Below are positions 44,514 through 56,013 of a stretch of 64,000 nt of DNA, in pieces. Origin of the DNA: an uncultured Beijerinckiaceae bacterium (GTDB taxonomy: Bacteria; Pseudomonadota; Alphaproteobacteria; Rhizobiales; Beijerinckiaceae); assembly GCA_964244495.1 (NCBI GenBank), contig CAXTIU010000011.1:69782-133781 (forward strand), given 5' to 3'. How positions within the stretch are numbered: position 1 is the first letter of the stretch; each line of letters starts with the position of its first letter. The notes beneath the pieces were generated by a model. The model did not search any database. It was not told where the DNA came from and was given only the letters and a program-made list of their open reading frames with translations. The position numbers and the translations under genes were made by a program.

Positions 44514-45482
44514 CTAATACCGCGCGACGACCGGCGCGACCGGCGTCGCGAACAGGTAGCTGACGCCGGCCTGCACGCGCTGGATCGTCTCGTGGTGCTG
44601 GATCGTGGCGTTCGGTGGCGCGGGCGTGCTCGCCAGCGGGTCGGTGAAGGTGCCGAAATCCGAGTAACGGTACTCGACCCGTAGCGCGACGTTGTCGAGG
44701 ATGGCGTATGCGACGCCGCCGCCGACCGTGTAGCCGACGCGCGTGTGCTGGAACGCGGCGTCGTTGCCGAAATCGAAGCTGCTCGTGACGTCGGCGAAGG
44801 CGACGCCGCCGGTGGCGTAGAGGAGCAACCGGTCGAAGGCGACGCCGGCGCGTCCGCGCACGGAGCCTTGGACGCCCACGTCGACGCCGCCGACCGACCC
44901 CGAGAACGGGTATGACGTGAAGCCGTTGCCGAACACGATGCCGGTGACCGGCTTGCGGTAGCTGGACCCGTCGACGTCACCCTCGAAGCCGAACACGCCG
45001 ACGACGCCCGGCCGGCCGCCGAGCGGACGCGTGACGAAATTGTAGCCGACGTGACCGCCGCCGATGACGCCATCGGCGCCGAACGACTGCAGGAGGGGCG
45101 TCGGCGACACGACCACCGTCGTGGCGGGCGTGCCGGGCGTCCCGGTGATGGCGGCCGTGCCGGTGCCGGTCGCACCACCCGTCGCGCCGACGGCGCTGGT
45201 GGCCGCCGTGGCACCGACCGCCGCGACGGACCCGGCCGTGCCCGCCGTCGTGGCGGTTCCGCCCACCGAGAGCGTGGTCGGCCCCTGGTTCAAGGTCGTG
45301 CGGTCGGTGCCGAAGGCGGCGCCGACCTGCGCGCCGGCGTAGAAGCCGGCCCAGCTGAAGGTGGGGATCGGCGGCGGCGGGGCGAATGGTTCGCGTCGCG
45401 CCAGGTCGGCGGCCATGGCGGGGGCGGGAAGCGCGGGGAGGCAGGCGAGGAGCGCCGCCGCGCCAGCGATGATGGTTCTCAT
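44514..45482 (-). CDS. Outer membrane beta-barrel protein, Omp25/RopB family, with a low-complexity loop insertion
   Basis: AADL, FSWAGFYAG, GSVRGRAG.AFDRLL.YATGG.A and GYT.GGGV.YA...N..LRVEYRYSDFG; start at ATG 45482. Confidence 0.88.
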   Translation of the reverse strand: MRTIIAGAAALLACLPALPAPAMAADLARREPFAPPPPIPTFSWAGFYAGAQVGAAFGTDRTTLNQGPTTLSVGGTATTAGTAGSVAAVGATAATSAVGATGGATGTGTAAITGTPGTPATTVVVSPTPLLQSFGADGVIGGGHVGYNFVTRPLGGRPGVVGVFGFEGDVDGSSYRKPVTGIVFGNGFTSYPFSGSVGGVDVGVQGSVRGRAGVAFDRLLLYATGGVAFADVTSSFDFGNDAAFQHTRVGYTVGGGVAYAILDNVALRVEYRYSDFGTFTDPLASTPAPPNATIQHHETIQRVQAGVSYLFATPVAPVVARY

Positions 45483-45731
45483 GGCCCGTTCCCGTCCTTG
45501 GTTCGGCGCCCTCGTACCATCATCATATGAGGCTGGTGTCCGGCCGGAGCCGGGCCGACCGCGAAAGCGGCCCGCTGTTGCGTTCCGGCAACTTGGCGGC
45601 CGAGAAGGTAGGGCAGGGCTTCCGGCCCGATCGCCGCGGACGCCCGCTGGACCTCGCACGCACGGCCCGTTAGAAAGCGGTCAACTCCTTATCCCCGACC
45701 GACGGCGAGCCCCCGAGGGCCAGGACCACAC

Positions 45732-47384
<1,653 letters not shown>

Positions 47385-47401
47385 GGCGCCGGAGCGCTTC
47401 G

Positions 47402-47638
47402 ATGCTCAGGGACGATGACGAACTGTCCGTCCTTTGTCCGAGGTGCCGCCACAAGACCGTGCGACAGGTGGGCTGGTTCAAGGAGGAACTGACCTTCCCG
47501 TGCGATCATTGCCCGGCCCGGCTTCGCTACGACCGCGAGCTGCTGCGGCTCGACATCGAAACCGCCGGCCACGTGCCGGCAGCCGTGGCGGGCGCCGTGA
47601 CGATCGTCGACGAAGTCAGCCCGGCATCACCGAGCTGA
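47402..47638 (+). CDS. Small zinc-ribbon protein (CPRC...CDHC)
   Basis: Two CxxC motifs separated by 18 aa; GGAG RBS. Confidence 0.6.
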   Translation: MLRDDDELSVLCPRCRHKTVRQVGWFKEELTFPCDHCPARLRYDRELLRLDIETAGHVPAAVAGAVTIVDEVSPASPS

Positions 47639-47682
47639 TCCCTTCACTGGAGGAGCATCGGAGGTTCGCGCGGCGGGACGCG

Positions 47683-50600
47683 CTATGCGGCGCGGCGGAC
47701 GAGGTAGCGATCGCCGTCCATCGTCGAGACGCGGCCGTAGCGCACGAGCGTCGTCAGCGCCTTCGCCACCTTCTGCTCGACCCGCTTGCCGCCGCGCTTG
47801 AAACCGCGCGCGACGGCGGCGGCCGTCATCGGCGTGCCGTTCTTGGCGAGCAGCGCTTCGACGGCCAGCGTCGCTTCGCCCGCGTCGGTGGGGAAGACCG
47901 GCAGGCCAGCGTCGATGGCCACCACGATGTCCGGCAGGTCCAGTTCGCCCGTCTTGGCTTGCGACTGCTTGCCGAAGCGCGGGATCTGGTACTCGGGCCG
48001 CAGCCAGCGCACGAGCCCGGCCGCTTCCTCCTTCGCCCGCTCGGCATTGAGCGCGACGAGCCGCGCGAGGATCTCGTCGTCGCTGAGATCGACGGGCCAG
48101 CCGTAGGCCTCCGCCGTCAACCGGTCGATCTCGTCGTGCAGATCCTTGAGTATGAGCACGAGCCCGCGATGCTTTATGTCCTCGTCTTTGTCGGTGAGCG
48201 GCGTGCCAGCCTTAAGTTTTTCTAGAACGTTGTAGAGGTCCGTGAATGTAAGATCGGGCTGGTCTGCTAAGACGCGCTTGCGATGTTGGTCCAACATACC
48301 GCCCAAATTAGTTAATCTGGCTCTTTGTTCGGAGGTTAGTTCAGGAAATGGAAATGGCTCGAAGCACGTCGTGTTATTGTACACAGGGTCATTGCCCTTG
48401 CCTACGCGACCGCCGATAGCTGTCGCCCAGACCACGTGGAATCTTGAGCTAAGAACGCTTAGCAGACAGCGATCGGAGGAAGCAACTATGCGTAACTTCT
48501 GATCCGGAATGATTTTTGAAGGAACGGTCACAAACCAACGATGTTTGGACGTTTCCACGGTTGCAATGTAATCGGCTAAACCTGAAATAGCTTGGCGCAA
48601 ACCCGGTCTAGGTTCACCAAATATCCACCAGTTTTTCCGGTGATTTAAACGGTTTACTTTATCTCGAAACGGTTTCACGAACTCCAAGACATGCTGGTAT
48701 AGCTGTGGGTAATCCTCCCTAGCTTTCTCAGGAGGAAGGCCATAGAAATCAATGATGTGCTTGTACTTTCTGTTATTCGTAAGCATCTTTCCACCTAAAT
48801 ACGGTTTTATAGCTATTGGCAATGAATTATTATTACCATTAAGGTGTGATAATTGTCTATCGTCAAGGACGAAACCTAAGCAGACAGGTATGATACCCAT
48901 GAAAGATAATTCAGAGTTCTGCTTTAGGGGTACAGAATCTGATATCGATGCCGCAGGTGAGAGCATCGAATTAAGATATCCTAATCGCGGAATAGTTAAG
49001 TCATTAGTTTCTACAATGTCAGCCTTCCTGTCCTTCACCTCCTGCGCTTTCCCCTGGAGTTTTCCTTTTTGAGCGACGGTCATCGAGATACGAACCGCAG
49101 CGGTCTCGTCCCCCACGAGCCAAGGGTGATCAGGAATCGCATAAACTATGGAGATCGGCAGCTTAGCTCGAAGACGTTCTTCAACAATTCCTCTGTTATA
49201 AGTCATCGTTATGGAATTTGTTGTTACAAGACCAAATCGCCGCGCGTCACCTCTAGACAATATAGTAGCTGATTGATTCCACCAGTACATCACAAAATCT
49301 GCGCTTTTTGGCACGTGAGGCCAAGCATTACGGAGTAGTCTAACATAGGCGATCCTAGTCTTTCGATCATCCGTTTATTGCCAATAAAGGGCGGATTTCC
49401 TACAATAAATTCTGCCTTGGGCCAAACCGGCCGACGGGCATTTGGGTAGGTCGCCGTTTGCTTGCCATCCTTCTCCACCATCGTCGGCACAGGATACCCA
49501 TCCCACGTCAGCACGGCATCGTACCCGCCGCGCTGGCCGAAGTTGATGTTCTTGAAATCGCGCAGGATCGGCTCGCCGGGGTGGCCGGTGCGCGTGCGAT
49601 AATGTTGCTGGAGGTAGCCGATCCAGATCACGAGTTCGGCGATGGCCGCCGCGCGCGGGTTGATCTCCAGCCCGAGGAAATGGTGCGGGTCCACGCTCTC
49701 GCGGTCGAACCCCATGCTCTCCGGCTCGCCGAGCTTGGCCAGCGTTTCCAGCACCTCGCCTTCGAGCTTCTTCATCAGCTCCAGCGCGACATAGAGGAAA
49801 TTGCCGGTGCCGCAGGCCGGGTCGAGCACGCGCGTCGTGCAGAGCTGGTGATGGAAGGCGCGCACGGCGGCGACGGCCTTGGTCTCGTCGCCGTCCTCCT
49901 TGGCCTGCTCGGCGCGGGTGAGCGCCGCCTGCCAATCGGCGCGCAGCGGCTCCATGATCGTGACGTCGACGAGCCGTTGCACGTAGGCGCGCGGCGTGTA
50001 GTGCGCGCCGAGCTTGCGGCGCTCGTCCTTGTTCAGCGCCTGTTCCAGCAGCGTGCCGAAGATGGCCGGGTCGACGTCCGTCCAGCGGTGCTTCGCCGCC
50101 TCGTACAGCTCACCGATCTCTTCTTTCTCGAGATCGAAGGCCGTTGTGTTCTTGAACAGGCCGCCATTGAAGCGACGCACGCGCGCCCGGATGACGTGGC
50201 TATATTCTTCGCCCTTGTCCATCTGGCGCCAAAGGTCCTTGAGGCGGCGCGCGAAGTGCGCGGGATCGTCGATGCTCTCCTTGAGCAGCGTCTTGAAACT
50301 GTCTTTCGGCAGCAGCTCGACGTCCTCGGCGAACATCGTGAACAGGCAACGCATGAGGAAATGCGCCACGTCCTCGGCGTTGCAGTCGCGCGCTTCCAGT
50401 GCCTTCGACACGTCCGCGAGGCGCTTGGCGATGGCGCGGGTGACGGCGGCGGCGTGTTTCGTCGGGTCGAGCGACTGCGGATCGGTCCAAACACGCTTCA
50501 GCCGCTCGCGGACCGCGTCGTCGCGCAGGTCTTCGAGGTAGATGCGGAACCCCTTGCGGTCGGGGAACTGCCCGTAGGCGCGGCCGGTGCCGGTGAAGTC

Positions 50601-51077
50601 GGCGTAGAGTTCGAGGCAATGGCCGACGTCGCAGACGACGAGGAACGGTGGCGCCGGCTGGCTGGCTTCGAGCAGGAACACGTAGTTCTCGCCCTGCTTG
50701 CGGGCGTTCTGCATCATCACGTCCCAACCCTTGGCCGCGCTGCGGCGCCCGAGCTTTTCCGGCTCATCGAGGGCGAGCGTGCCCTGGTTGGGAATGGCGT
50801 TCCTCTTGCCCGGCAGACGCGACTGCTTGGCTTCGAGGATGAAGCAGCCCTTCTTATAAAGATCGATGCGCTGCGGGGCGTGGGTGTCGGCGCTGTCGCG
50901 CGGCTTGACGGCACGCTCGAAGACGTAATCGTTGAACTCGCGGCTAGCACCTGCCGGGTCGGGTTTGCCGGCACCGATAAGGTCGCATAGCTCCGTGAGA
51001 AACATCACGTAGTTCGCCCGCTCGGCACCGCCCTGTCCGCCAGTCCAGCGAGCTATGAAGTCTTCTACGTTCAACAA
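47683..51077 (-). pseudogene. MmeI-like (Type IIL/IIG) single-chain restriction-modification gene, frameshifted near 49351
   Basis: 5' ORF 49290..51077 has PD-(D/E)xK-like IDLYKKGCFILEAK, motif I VLDPACGTGNFL and motif IV GNPPF. 3' ORF 47683..49314 continues ADFVMYWW...TRD...FEPFPFP. Restoring one base gives ..LG-x-AYVRLLRNAWPHVPKSADFVMYWW. Confidence 0.85.
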
Positions 51078-51267
51078 AACCTCAGCTTCGGTAAGCTTCC
51101 TTCTAAAATGCGGCTACAGGGCAACCCATCCTGGTTTCGCTGTCAATGATCCATGACCGGCATTCCATCGCTGGGCCGGCGCGATCCCGGCGGTAAGGAA
51201 CGGGTGATGCGGGGATAAATCCGGCCGGCGTCTCGCCCGCCGGGGCCGGACGCGCCATGATCGCGCC

Positions 51268-51648
51268 ATGACATCCGATCGCCAGCCCGACCTTTTCGGC
51301 GACCCGCAGGCCGACCTGTTCGGCGATGAACCAGCGCAACCCGCCGTCTATCGCGGCGACCCGGATCGGGTGCGGGCGCGGCTGGAGCGGATCGTCGCGG
51401 AAGCCCGCGCCGCCGCCGCGATGCCGTGGGATCGCGCGACGCTCCGGCTCTACGAGACGATCGTGCCGCAGATGACCCTGTGGCTCCCCGGTGGCGAGGC
51501 GGCGCGCTGGCGCCTCGACTTCGAGGCGGAGGTCGGGCGGCTCGCGGTGACCCCGGCCGGGTCTTCGCACACGCGATCCACGGAGGACCGTGGCATCGCG
51601 CGGGCGGCGCGGGGCGCGTCCCTCGACGGCGGCGCTGGCCGGCGGTAG
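51268..51648 (+). CDS. Hypothetical protein with tandem N-terminal QxDLF motifs
   Basis: MTSDRQPDLFGDPQADLFGDE..., then a helical DPDRVRARLERIVAEARAA.MPW...LWLP..EAA.WRLDFEAE core. Confidence 0.7.
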   Translation: MTSDRQPDLFGDPQADLFGDEPAQPAVYRGDPDRVRARLERIVAEARAAAAMPWDRATLRLYETIVPQMTLWLPGGEAARWRLDFEAEVGRLAVTPAGSSHTRSTEDRGIARAARGASLDGGAGRR

Positions 51649-51849
51649 GGTTTCCCGGTGTTTCGGGGCGGCATCGGCCTGACGCATGACGCAGCTGACG
51701 CGAAAATGTGTGCGGTCGGAGAATTCGCGGCGCCGCGACGCGCCACGTCCCGCCCGTGCCCCGGGGGCGGCGGAAGGTCGCCGGGGCGGGGTGTCGCCAG
51801 CGCCGGCGCCGCCGGCTAGGCTCGGTCCTCCAGCAGCCGGAGCGTCCCC

Positions 51850-52029
51850 GTGATCACCGGAGAAACCCTCGCTCTCGCCCACCTCGCGATCCTCCTGGTG
51901 TTCCTCGTCGCGGCGACCGTCTCCGCCCACCGCGCGCGCCACGGGGTCCGAACGGGCCGTCGCGGCGACCGCTACCACCGCCTCACGACGGAGCAGATGC
52001 TGAGGCGGATCGGTCTGCCGAAGCGCTGA
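51850..52029 (+). CDS. Small single-TM protein (59 aa), absent from the ORF track
   Basis: GTG start with GGAG RBS; VITGETLALAHLAILLVFLVAATVSAHRARHGVRTGRRGDRYHRLTTEQMLRRIGLPKR*. Confidence 0.55.
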   Translation: MITGETLALAHLAILLVFLVAATVSAHRARHGVRTGRRGDRYHRLTTEQMLRRIGLPKR

Positions 52030-52053
52030 GGCGGCGCCCGGCGGAGGGCGGGG

Positions 52054-53361
52054 TCACGGCTCGTTCGGCGCCCGCGCGCCGATCAGCGTGCCGCCGGCGC
52101 GTGCCCGGCGCGCCAGGTAGGGCGCGCCGCACGCGAGCTGGACGAGGACGAGCGCGCCCCACACCAGCCGGTGCGCCGTCGCGGGATGGTGGCCGGCGTG
52201 ACCCGCCGCCAGGCCCAGCGCGACGCCGATGCCGGCCTGGACGGCGAAGATGGTGACGAACAGCAGCAGCGTGAGGCTGGTGTTGACGCGCCCCACCATC
52301 GCGACCGGCGCCGCCTCCGTCAGCACGGCGTAGGTCAGGATGCCGGTGCCGCCGAAGAAGCCGTAGGCGGCCCAAAGGAGGAAGGGCGGGACCGGCGCCC
52401 CGGCGATGATGAGGACCTGGTCGGCCACGAAGAGCGCCATGCCGAGCCCGCTGAAGTCGACGACGCTCAGGCCGCGACGCTCCAGCCAGCGCGTCGCGAA
52501 ACCGAAGACGACGCTGCCGGCCATCATCGTCGCCCCGATCACCGAGGCGAGGAACGCGGCGCGGGGCTCGGCCACGCCCTGGACCTCGCGCATGTAGGCG
52601 CCGGCCCACAACGACTGCGCCGCGTAGAAGACGCCCTGCGTGGCGACCGAAAACGGCGCCACCCGCCAGAAGAAGCGCGACCCGAGGACGGCCCGGGTGC
52701 CGCGCAGCTGCCCCGCGAGGCTGGTCCGGCGGTCCGGCTCCGGCACCTCCGGCGTGCCCAGCATCAGCAGGGCGGCCGCGGCGAGCGTGAGGACCGACAG
52801 GCCGACGCAGACGTGCCGCCAGGAGGCGTGGGCGAGGACGGCGGTGAGCGGCGTCCCCACCAGGACGCCGCCGAGGCCGCCGGTCGCCAGGACGAGCCCG
52901 TACAGCACCGGCAGCTGGCGGACCGGGAAATGCTGGGCGATCGCCTTGCACGCCCCGCCGAAGCAGACGGACACGCCGACCCCGATCATCAGCCGCCCGA
53001 GCATCAGCGCCGGGAGCGCCGACGCGGCGCCGAAGACCAGGATGCCGGCGGCGGACAGGCAGAGCAGCGCCGCATCGGTCCGTCGCGCGCCGAAACGGTC
53101 GAGCAGGACGCCGGCCGGGATCTGCGCCGCCGCGAAACCGAGGAAGTACAGGCTGGTGAGCAGCCCGAGGTCGCCCGCGTCGAGGCGGAGGTCGCGGGTG
53201 ATGAAGGGCGCGAAACCGATGTTCACGCCCCGGTACAGGTAGGACACGAAGTAGCCGAGCGCGAACAGGGCGAACACGCGGGAGCGCAGGAACGGGGCGC
53301 CCCCGGTGCCTCCACCGTCCTGGACCGGGCGATCCTGATCCGCGCCGAACGCCTTCGTCAT
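52054..53361 (-). CDS. MFS transporter
   Basis: About 12 TM segments; QIPAGVLLDRFGARR and GRLMIGVGVS. Confidence 0.9.
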   Translation of the reverse strand: MTKAFGADQDRPVQDGGGTGGAPFLRSRVFALFALGYFVSYLYRGVNIGFAPFITRDLRLDAGDLGLLTSLYFLGFAAAQIPAGVLLDRFGARRTDAALLCLSAAGILVFGAASALPALMLGRLMIGVGVSVCFGGACKAIAQHFPVRQLPVLYGLVLATGGLGGVLVGTPLTAVLAHASWRHVCVGLSVLTLAAAALLMLGTPEVPEPDRRTSLAGQLRGTRAVLGSRFFWRVAPFSVATQGVFYAAQSLWAGAYMREVQGVAEPRAAFLASVIGATMMAGSVVFGFATRWLERRGLSVVDFSGLGMALFVADQVLIIAGAPVPPFLLWAAYGFFGGTGILTYAVLTEAAPVAMVGRVNTSLTLLLFVTIFAVQAGIGVALGLAAGHAGHHPATAHRLVWGALVLVQLACGAPYLARRARAGGTLIGARAPNEP

Positions 53362-53389
53362 GCCGCCGCCACACCGTGCCTCGTCGATC

Positions 53390-53650
53390 GACAGCGCACC
53401 GCGCGATGCCGTGACCGAACGACCCGTTCTCCCGTTTGGTTTCGACGAGGACGATGAAGATGTCCTCCGGCCGCAGTCCGGGATCGGCGGCGAACAGCGC
53501 CTTCGTCGTCGGTGGATCGCGCGTGACGCCGACAGTGACCCGGATCATCACGAGATCGTCGGGCCGTTCGATCCCGAGACCACCGCGCCCGTCGTCGAAG
53601 CCGTCGGCATCGTGCTCGGTGATGGCGCGGTCGCGGGCCGCGTTGCGCGT
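53390..53650 (-). pseudogene. Remnant of a tautomerase-superfamily gene (Tautomerase_2/MSAD-like)
   Basis: In-frame AITEHDADGF...LGIERPDDLVMIRVTVGVTR...KALFAA-DPGLRPEDIFIVLVET.RENGSFGHGIA; N-terminal Pro1 region missing, short internal deletion, stop lost. Confidence 0.75.
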
Positions 53651-53662
53651 GCTCGGCGCCGC

Positions 53663-54061
53663 CTAACGGAACGTGAACAGTCCCTTCGGGAACACCTTCG
53701 CGGAGTACAGGCCGACGCTGTAGGTGTAGCCTTCCCTCGCCCCGAACAGCAGGTTGATGCGGGCGCGCACGACGTGCATGTAGCGCGAGCGCGGCGACAG
53801 GTCCTGCAGCACGGTCACGGTCGCGCTGTCGGGGATATAGGCGCAATCGCCGAAGGCGCCGATCGGGAACGGTTCCTCCGCGACCGTCGCGCGCAACAGT
53901 TCCTGCAGCCGCTCGCGGGTCGGGCAGAAGGGCTGGCCATGCGAGGACGTGGCGAGCCGCTCGCCGGCGATCGCCGGGTCCGCCCGGCTCGGCGCCGTCG
54001 TCACGAGGAGAGCCGCCAAGCCGAGGGCGGCGGCGGCCGGTATCGAGCGCACGGTCATCAT
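53663..54061 (-). CDS. Hypothetical secreted protein
   Basis: Signal peptide ending APSRA; two Cys (FCPT, GDCAY); AGGA RBS. Confidence 0.7.
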   Translation of the reverse strand: MMTVRSIPAAAALGLAALLVTTAPSRADPAIAGERLATSSHGQPFCPTRERLQELLRATVAEEPFPIGAFGDCAYIPDSATVTVLQDLSPRSRYMHVVRARINLLFGAREGYTYSVGLYSAKVFPKGLFTFR

Positions 54062-54176
54062 CCTACGAGCCCCAAGATCGCCGTCGCGGCGCGCTTCTCC
54101 ATAACGCGGCGGCGGCGGCCTGCCTGTGGCTCACGGGCGACATCGCGGCAAGATCGTGCGCCCGGCCGGCCGCGAC

Positions 54177-55757
54177 TCACGCCTTTGCCGCGGCCGGCAG
54201 CGCCGCCCGCGCTCCCTCGCGCGTCGCCAGCGAAACCGCGAACGTCACGAGGAAGGCGAGCGGGATCGTCACGATGGCCGGCGGGTCGTAGGGGAAGATC
54301 GGCGCGGCGTGGCCGAGCACCTTCACCCAGACCGCCGGGCCGATCGCCGTCAGGGTCACGGCGGAGACGAGGCCGGTCACGCCGCCGGCGAGCGCGCCGG
54401 CGGTCGTCAGCCCGCGCCAGTAGATCGCCAGCAGCAGCACGGGGAAGTTGGCCGATGCCGCCACCGCGAAGGCGAGGCTGACGCTGTAGGCGACGTTCTG
54501 CCCGCGAAACACGAGGCCGACCGCGATGGCGACCACGCCGATCGCCACCGTGGCGACGCGCGACACGAGCACCTCGCGGCGTTCGTCGACGTTCCTGAAG
54601 ACCCTGCCGTACAGGTCGTGCGAGATCGCCGACGCGCCGGCGAGCGTCAGGCCCGACACCACCGCGAGGATGGTGGCGAAGGCGACCGCCGAGATGAAGC
54701 CGAGCATCGGGGCGCCGCCCACCGCGTCGGCGAGGTGGATCGCCGCCATGTTGGCGCCGCCGCGCAACGCCCCCGACGTGGTCTTGTAGGCGGCGTCCGG
54801 CAGCACGAGCGCGACCGTGCCGTAGCCGATGACCATCACCAGGAGGAAGAAGAAGCCGCAGAACGCCGTGGTGTAGAAGGTCGACAGGCGCGCGGTGCGC
54901 GTGTCCTTAACGGTGAAGAACCGCATCAGGATATGCGGCAGGCCGGCGATGCCGAACATCAGGCCCATGCCGAGCGACAGCCCGGAGACGGGATCGTTGC
55001 GCAGCCCCGAGGCCGCCAGGATCGCCGCGTGCTTCGGGTGCACCGCGACGGCCTTGGCGACGAGCGCCGACGGATCGAAGGCGAAGCGCTGCAGCAGCAG
55101 CAAGGCGAGGGCGGTCGCGCCGAGCAGGAACAGGCCGGCCTTGATGATCTGCACCCAGGTCGTCGCCGCCATGCCCCCGAAGGTCACGTAGACCATGATG
55201 AGGATGCCGACGATGACGACGGCGACCGCGTAGTCGAGGCCGAACAGGAGCTCGATCAGCTGTCCCGCGCCGACCATCTGGCCGATGAGGTAGAACGTGA
55301 TGACCACCAGCGAGTTCACCGCCGCCATGATCCGCATCGGCCGCTCCGACAGCCGGCGGGCGAGCACGTCGGCGAAGGTGAAGGAGCCGAGCGCGCGCAA
55401 CGGCTCGGCGATGAGGAACAGCAGCACGGGCCAGCCGACCAGGAAGCCCAGCGCGTAGATCATCCCGTCGAAGCCGCTCGTCGTGATGATGGCGGTGAGG
55501 CCGAGGAAGGCGGCGGCGGACAGGTAGTCGCCGGCCATGGCGAGGCCGTTCTGGAGCGCGGTGATGTCGCCGCCCGCCGTGTAGAAGGCGGCCCGCGTCG
55601 TCGTGCGGCGGGCGACGCGCCACGTGATGACCAGGGTGATCGCGACGAAGGTGAGGAACAGGCCGATCGCCAGCGGATCGACCGCGACGCGCGCCGCCGC
55701 CGCCGGGGCGAGCGCGGCCAAGGGAAGGAGACTGAACGACGCCGCCGCGAGGACCAT
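54177..55757 (-). CDS. actP: Cation/acetate symporter (SSS family)
   Basis: [42 protein letters not shown] and [11 protein letters not shown]. Confidence 0.94.
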   Translation of the reverse strand: MVLAAASFSLLPLAALAPAAAARVAVDPLAIGLFLTFVAITLVITWRVARRTTTRAAFYTAGGDITALQNGLAMAGDYLSAAAFLGLTAIITTSGFDGMIYALGFLVGWPVLLFLIAEPLRALGSFTFADVLARRLSERPMRIMAAVNSLVVITFYLIGQMVGAGQLIELLFGLDYAVAVVIVGILIMVYVTFGGMAATTWVQIIKAGLFLLGATALALLLLQRFAFDPSALVAKAVAVHPKHAAILAASGLRNDPVSGLSLGMGLMFGIAGLPHILMRFFTVKDTRTARLSTFYTTAFCGFFFLLVMVIGYGTVALVLPDAAYKTTSGALRGGANMAAIHLADAVGGAPMLGFISAVAFATILAVVSGLTLAGASAISHDLYGRVFRNVDERREVLVSRVATVAIGVVAIAVGLVFRGQNVAYSVSLAFAVAASANFPVLLLAIYWRGLTTAGALAGGVTGLVSAVTLTAIGPAVWVKVLGHAAPIFPYDPPAIVTIPLAFLVTFAVSLATREGARAALPAAAKA

Positions 55758-55761
55758 GGGG

Positions 55762-55995
55762 CTAGCTCCCGCGCCGGACGCGCGCGTTGACGAGGAGGAC
55801 GTAGGTGCCGGTGAGCGCCACGCAGAAGACGATCAGGGCGCTCGCGAGCACCAGGGACAGGGGGATGGCGCCGACCACCGGCCGCGCCATCGTGTCCGGC
55901 GCCGCCGCCGCGAAGACGAGGAGCGCGAAGAACACGACGATGATCGTTCCCGCGAAACCGAACCGCAGGCCGAGGCCTTCAACCGCATCATCCAT
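55762..55995 (-). CDS. DUF485 (YjcH) family membrane protein
   Basis: Two TM segments and TG.YV..VN; canonical position directly upstream of actP. Confidence 0.8.
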   Translation of the reverse strand: MDDAVEGLGLRFGFAGTIIVVFFALLVFAAAAPDTMARPVVGAIPLSLVLASALIVFCVALTGTYVLLVNARVRRGS

Positions 55996-56013
55996 CGCGC
56001 GTCACTCCGGTTC

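Noticed and set aside
49305-49314. Programmed -1 ribosomal frameshift at C-CAA-AAA-G joining the two RM ORFs
   Set aside because: Not a canonical X-XXY-YYZ site, and the family-like residues lie in the -1 frame upstream of it, which favours a simple deletion at about 49351.
51983-53551. 522-aa ORF starting in the tautomerase remnant
   Set aside because: Read-through after the lost stop into an alternative frame of the MFS gene; Arg/Pro/Gly-rich nonsense downstream.
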